DNA of 62,080 nt, the filler included, from Dirinaria sp. TL-2023a (lineage: Eukaryota), in NCBI GenBank assembly GCA_051941275.1. It is 10 parts of 10 records of this genome, joined end to end, with 100 filler letters (N's around TTAATTAATTAA, not from the genome) between each part and the next. Parts side by side here need not be neighbours in the genome. Positions count along the whole stretch, not along the records: positions 55,976 to 62,080 come from JAVEBF010001538.1; 9 more parts are not named here. One strand, given 5' to 3'. The position numbers were made by a program, and so were the translations under genes. The notes under the pieces are model-generated. The model saw only the letters and a list, made by a program, of their open reading frames with translations, searched no databases and was not told the origin of the DNA. Positions 59,888 to 62,080 of the stretch are shown piece after piece. Each line of letters opens with the position of its first letter. The stretch's first letter is position 1.

Positions 59888-61398
59888 ATGGAAAAAGAGA
59901 AGGCATCACTGCTCTCTTCCATCTCGAGCCTCACCTCCGAAGCTCGAGCTTTCAAGCAACACACCTCTGCGGACAAGGCAATCCGCTACGAAGTCAGAAC
60001 CGCCGCTCTTGCGCTCGCCGACGTGCTTGAACATCCAGTCGAGCAGGCGCTCAGGATCATCTTTGAGAGCGCGCCTCCGCTCTTTGCATTGAGGATTGCT
60101 TTTGAGGCTGGATTCCTCAATCAATTAGGAGATGGGAGGACGCAGACTGCGGACTCGTTGAGTAAGATCAGTGGAGCTGATCGTACTTTGATAGGTATGT
60201 TGTTTGAGGAGCATCTTCCGGATTGGAAAAAGGACAGTTGCACGCATCTGAGTTGAACTAATACGAAGGACAGCGCGTATCTTCAGAATATTGACAGCCA
60301 GTAAGATGGTCGATGAAGTTGACGTGGACACCTACGCCGCCAATGACCTCACTCGAGCCCTTCTCAAGCCAGGCATCGGTGACGCGAACACGCACGGGTG
60401 AGCAAACCTGTTGAATCTCTACCACCCACTCCATGAGAGCTTCCCCCTTTCAACGATAAACTGACAAATGCCAGATGCGACAACGTCAACCCCATCTTTA
60501 CCAAACTCCCGGACTACCTCAACCAAACCTCCTGGGTCAACCCAGACACCTACACCATGGGCCCGCACGTCTTCACCTGGGGCAAGCCGCTCTACAAGCG
60601 CCTGCAATCCGAGCCGTCCAAGAGCGCACTCTTCAACAAGATCATGAGTGGCTTCAAGCAGAACCGCGAGAATTGGGTTGACATCTTTCCATTTGAGGAG
60701 AAGCAGAAGGAGCTCAGCGGTCATGGGGTGTCTGCGGATCAGGTGCTTGTGATTGACATCGCAGGAGGCGTCGGGCATCGGTTGAGGGATTTCAGACTCA
60801 AATTCCCTGGGGTGACGGGCAGGGCGGTGTTGCAGGACCAGATGCACGTGCTGCCGACGAAGGAGACGAATCCAAAGGTGTGGGAAGGGTTGAAGGATTG
60901 TGCGATCGAGACTATGGCGCATGATATTTTCAAGCCGCAGCCCATTCAAGGTTCGTATCCCTGCCCTAGGGTCTGAATCCTTCTCCAAGCAATATTCTCA
61001 GCGGGGAGAGGAGCACCACATGACAGAGAGAAATCCACCGGACCACTGCAGCTAACTCTTCCCCCCTTCTTTTTGTGGGGGGCATCACAGACGCCCGCTA
61101 CTACTTCTTCAGCGCCATTTTCCACGGGCGACCCAACAGCGCGTGCCTTGAGCTCCTCCGCAACACTGCCCCCGCCCTCAAAAGAGGCTACTCGCGCATA
61201 CTGATCAACGACTTCGTCATCCCGGAAAAGGGCGCGAATCTCTTCCAGGCCTCGTTTGATCTGTGGATGATGGCGGACAGCACGGGACAGGAGCGTACGC
61301 TCAGGGAATGGAATGAGCTCTTCGATGCGTGCGGATTGAAGTTGGTTGAGGTTCATACTTTGGGGACTGACAGTGTGCTTGAGGTTGAGTTGGCGTGA
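59888..61398 (+). CDS. Fungal secondary-metabolite-type O-methyltransferase (Methyltransf_2)
   Basis: Four exons. A winged-helix region (ALRIAFEAGFL...LSKISGADRTLI) is followed by VLVIDIAGGVGH, VLQDQ, AHDIFKPQPIQ, YYFFSAIFH, ILINDFVIP and GQERTLREWNELF. An alternative ATG lies at 59816. Confidence 0.92.
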
Positions 61399-62080
61399 GC
61401 GGTTCGAGCCGATCAAGAGGGCAGAGGAATGGGAGAGGGTTTTGATTCGGCGGGCGTGGGTCGCCGAAGTTTTTGGAGAATGGGCTGGTGGAACGATGAA
61501 TTGATCGGAATCAATGTTGCTGATTCCGTGGGTATCTGGATGAGACCGGCCCAAGCTCACGCTGTTCGCCCCCCCTTCCTACGTTCAATGCCGCCTCTGC
61601 TGTGTTACGGAATGCAATGCTCTCTGAAGCATAACTTTGAAACCTAAAAGAAAATTGAGGAACATGCCCCATCCTTTGATGATTCCCTGCTAGGTTTCCC
61701 CATACCAGCAACACCAGAATTGAAATCCCATCTTCAAAATCCTTCACCCTGTTGAGCCACGGGACATTCTTTGAGTTTTCAAATTCTATAGTTTTCATGT
61801 ACTCATACCTGCCAAACCACTCCTGCAAAGCGGCCGCACCAGTCGGTGCAGAGCATAGAAAACAGACCGTGAAGAAGAAATCCAGATGATACTACGCTAA
61901 TAAAGATATGAAGCCAGAAGTAGAAAATACCGTGATCATAAAGAGGACGTTTCAACTGAGATCGATGACGTTGAAGTTTGAAACCGATGATCCCTGCTTT
62001 GATAATATGAAATGCAAAGCCGAACAAACGAGTCTTAAGACGATTACTGCAGGGATCGACAGCTGCGTGGGCTGTGCGAG

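Noticed and set aside
1..62080. A window-wide immune or metabolic gene cluster (SLATT, HeLo-like, OMT, Pth11-like)
   Set aside because: The genes lie on different contigs, so their proximity in the window has no biological meaning.

Overview
This is eukaryotic DNA from a filamentous ascomycete. It has GT-AG introns with CTRAC/CTAAY branch sites and Pezizomycotina-type gene families; the taxon cannot be fixed from the sequence alone. The window is not one locus. Ten unrelated contigs of about 6.1 kb, in decreasing size order (1-6137, 6238-12374, 12475-18597, 18698-24818, 24919-31035, 31136-37250, 37351-43462, 43563-49669, 49770-55875, 55976-62080), are joined by artificial 100-nt N44-TTAATTAATTAA-N44 linkers, so gene neighbourhoods are meaningful only within a contig. 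Recognisable genes are DNA ligase I, aspartate aminotransferase, mitoribosomal Rsm22, an amino-acid permease, a DAO-family FAD oxidoreductase, two Pth11-like membrane proteins, a fungal SLATT 2TM protein, a HeLo-like/ankyrin protein divergent from an SPX-ankyrin (Gde1-like) gene, a DUF2011 protein, two Cys-rich single-pass proteins, an NmrA-like protein and an O-methyltransferase. There are also several pseudogenes and a RIP-degraded non-autonomous pogo/Fot1 transposon whose terminal repeat recurs on another contig. I found no single clear-cut new multi-gene system. The best leads are: (1) a protein with five CX2C-X14-CX2C zinc fingers split by one TAG at a Trp position; (2) a candidate GUG-initiated mitochondrial presequence and two alternative PIP-box splice forms in DNA ligase I; (3) a PTS2-like motif ending in a second Met in the aminotransferase; (4) an O-methyltransferase with HGR in place of HDW; (5) candidate cell-death or immune effectors (HeLo-like-ankyrin without a NOD, and SLATT).
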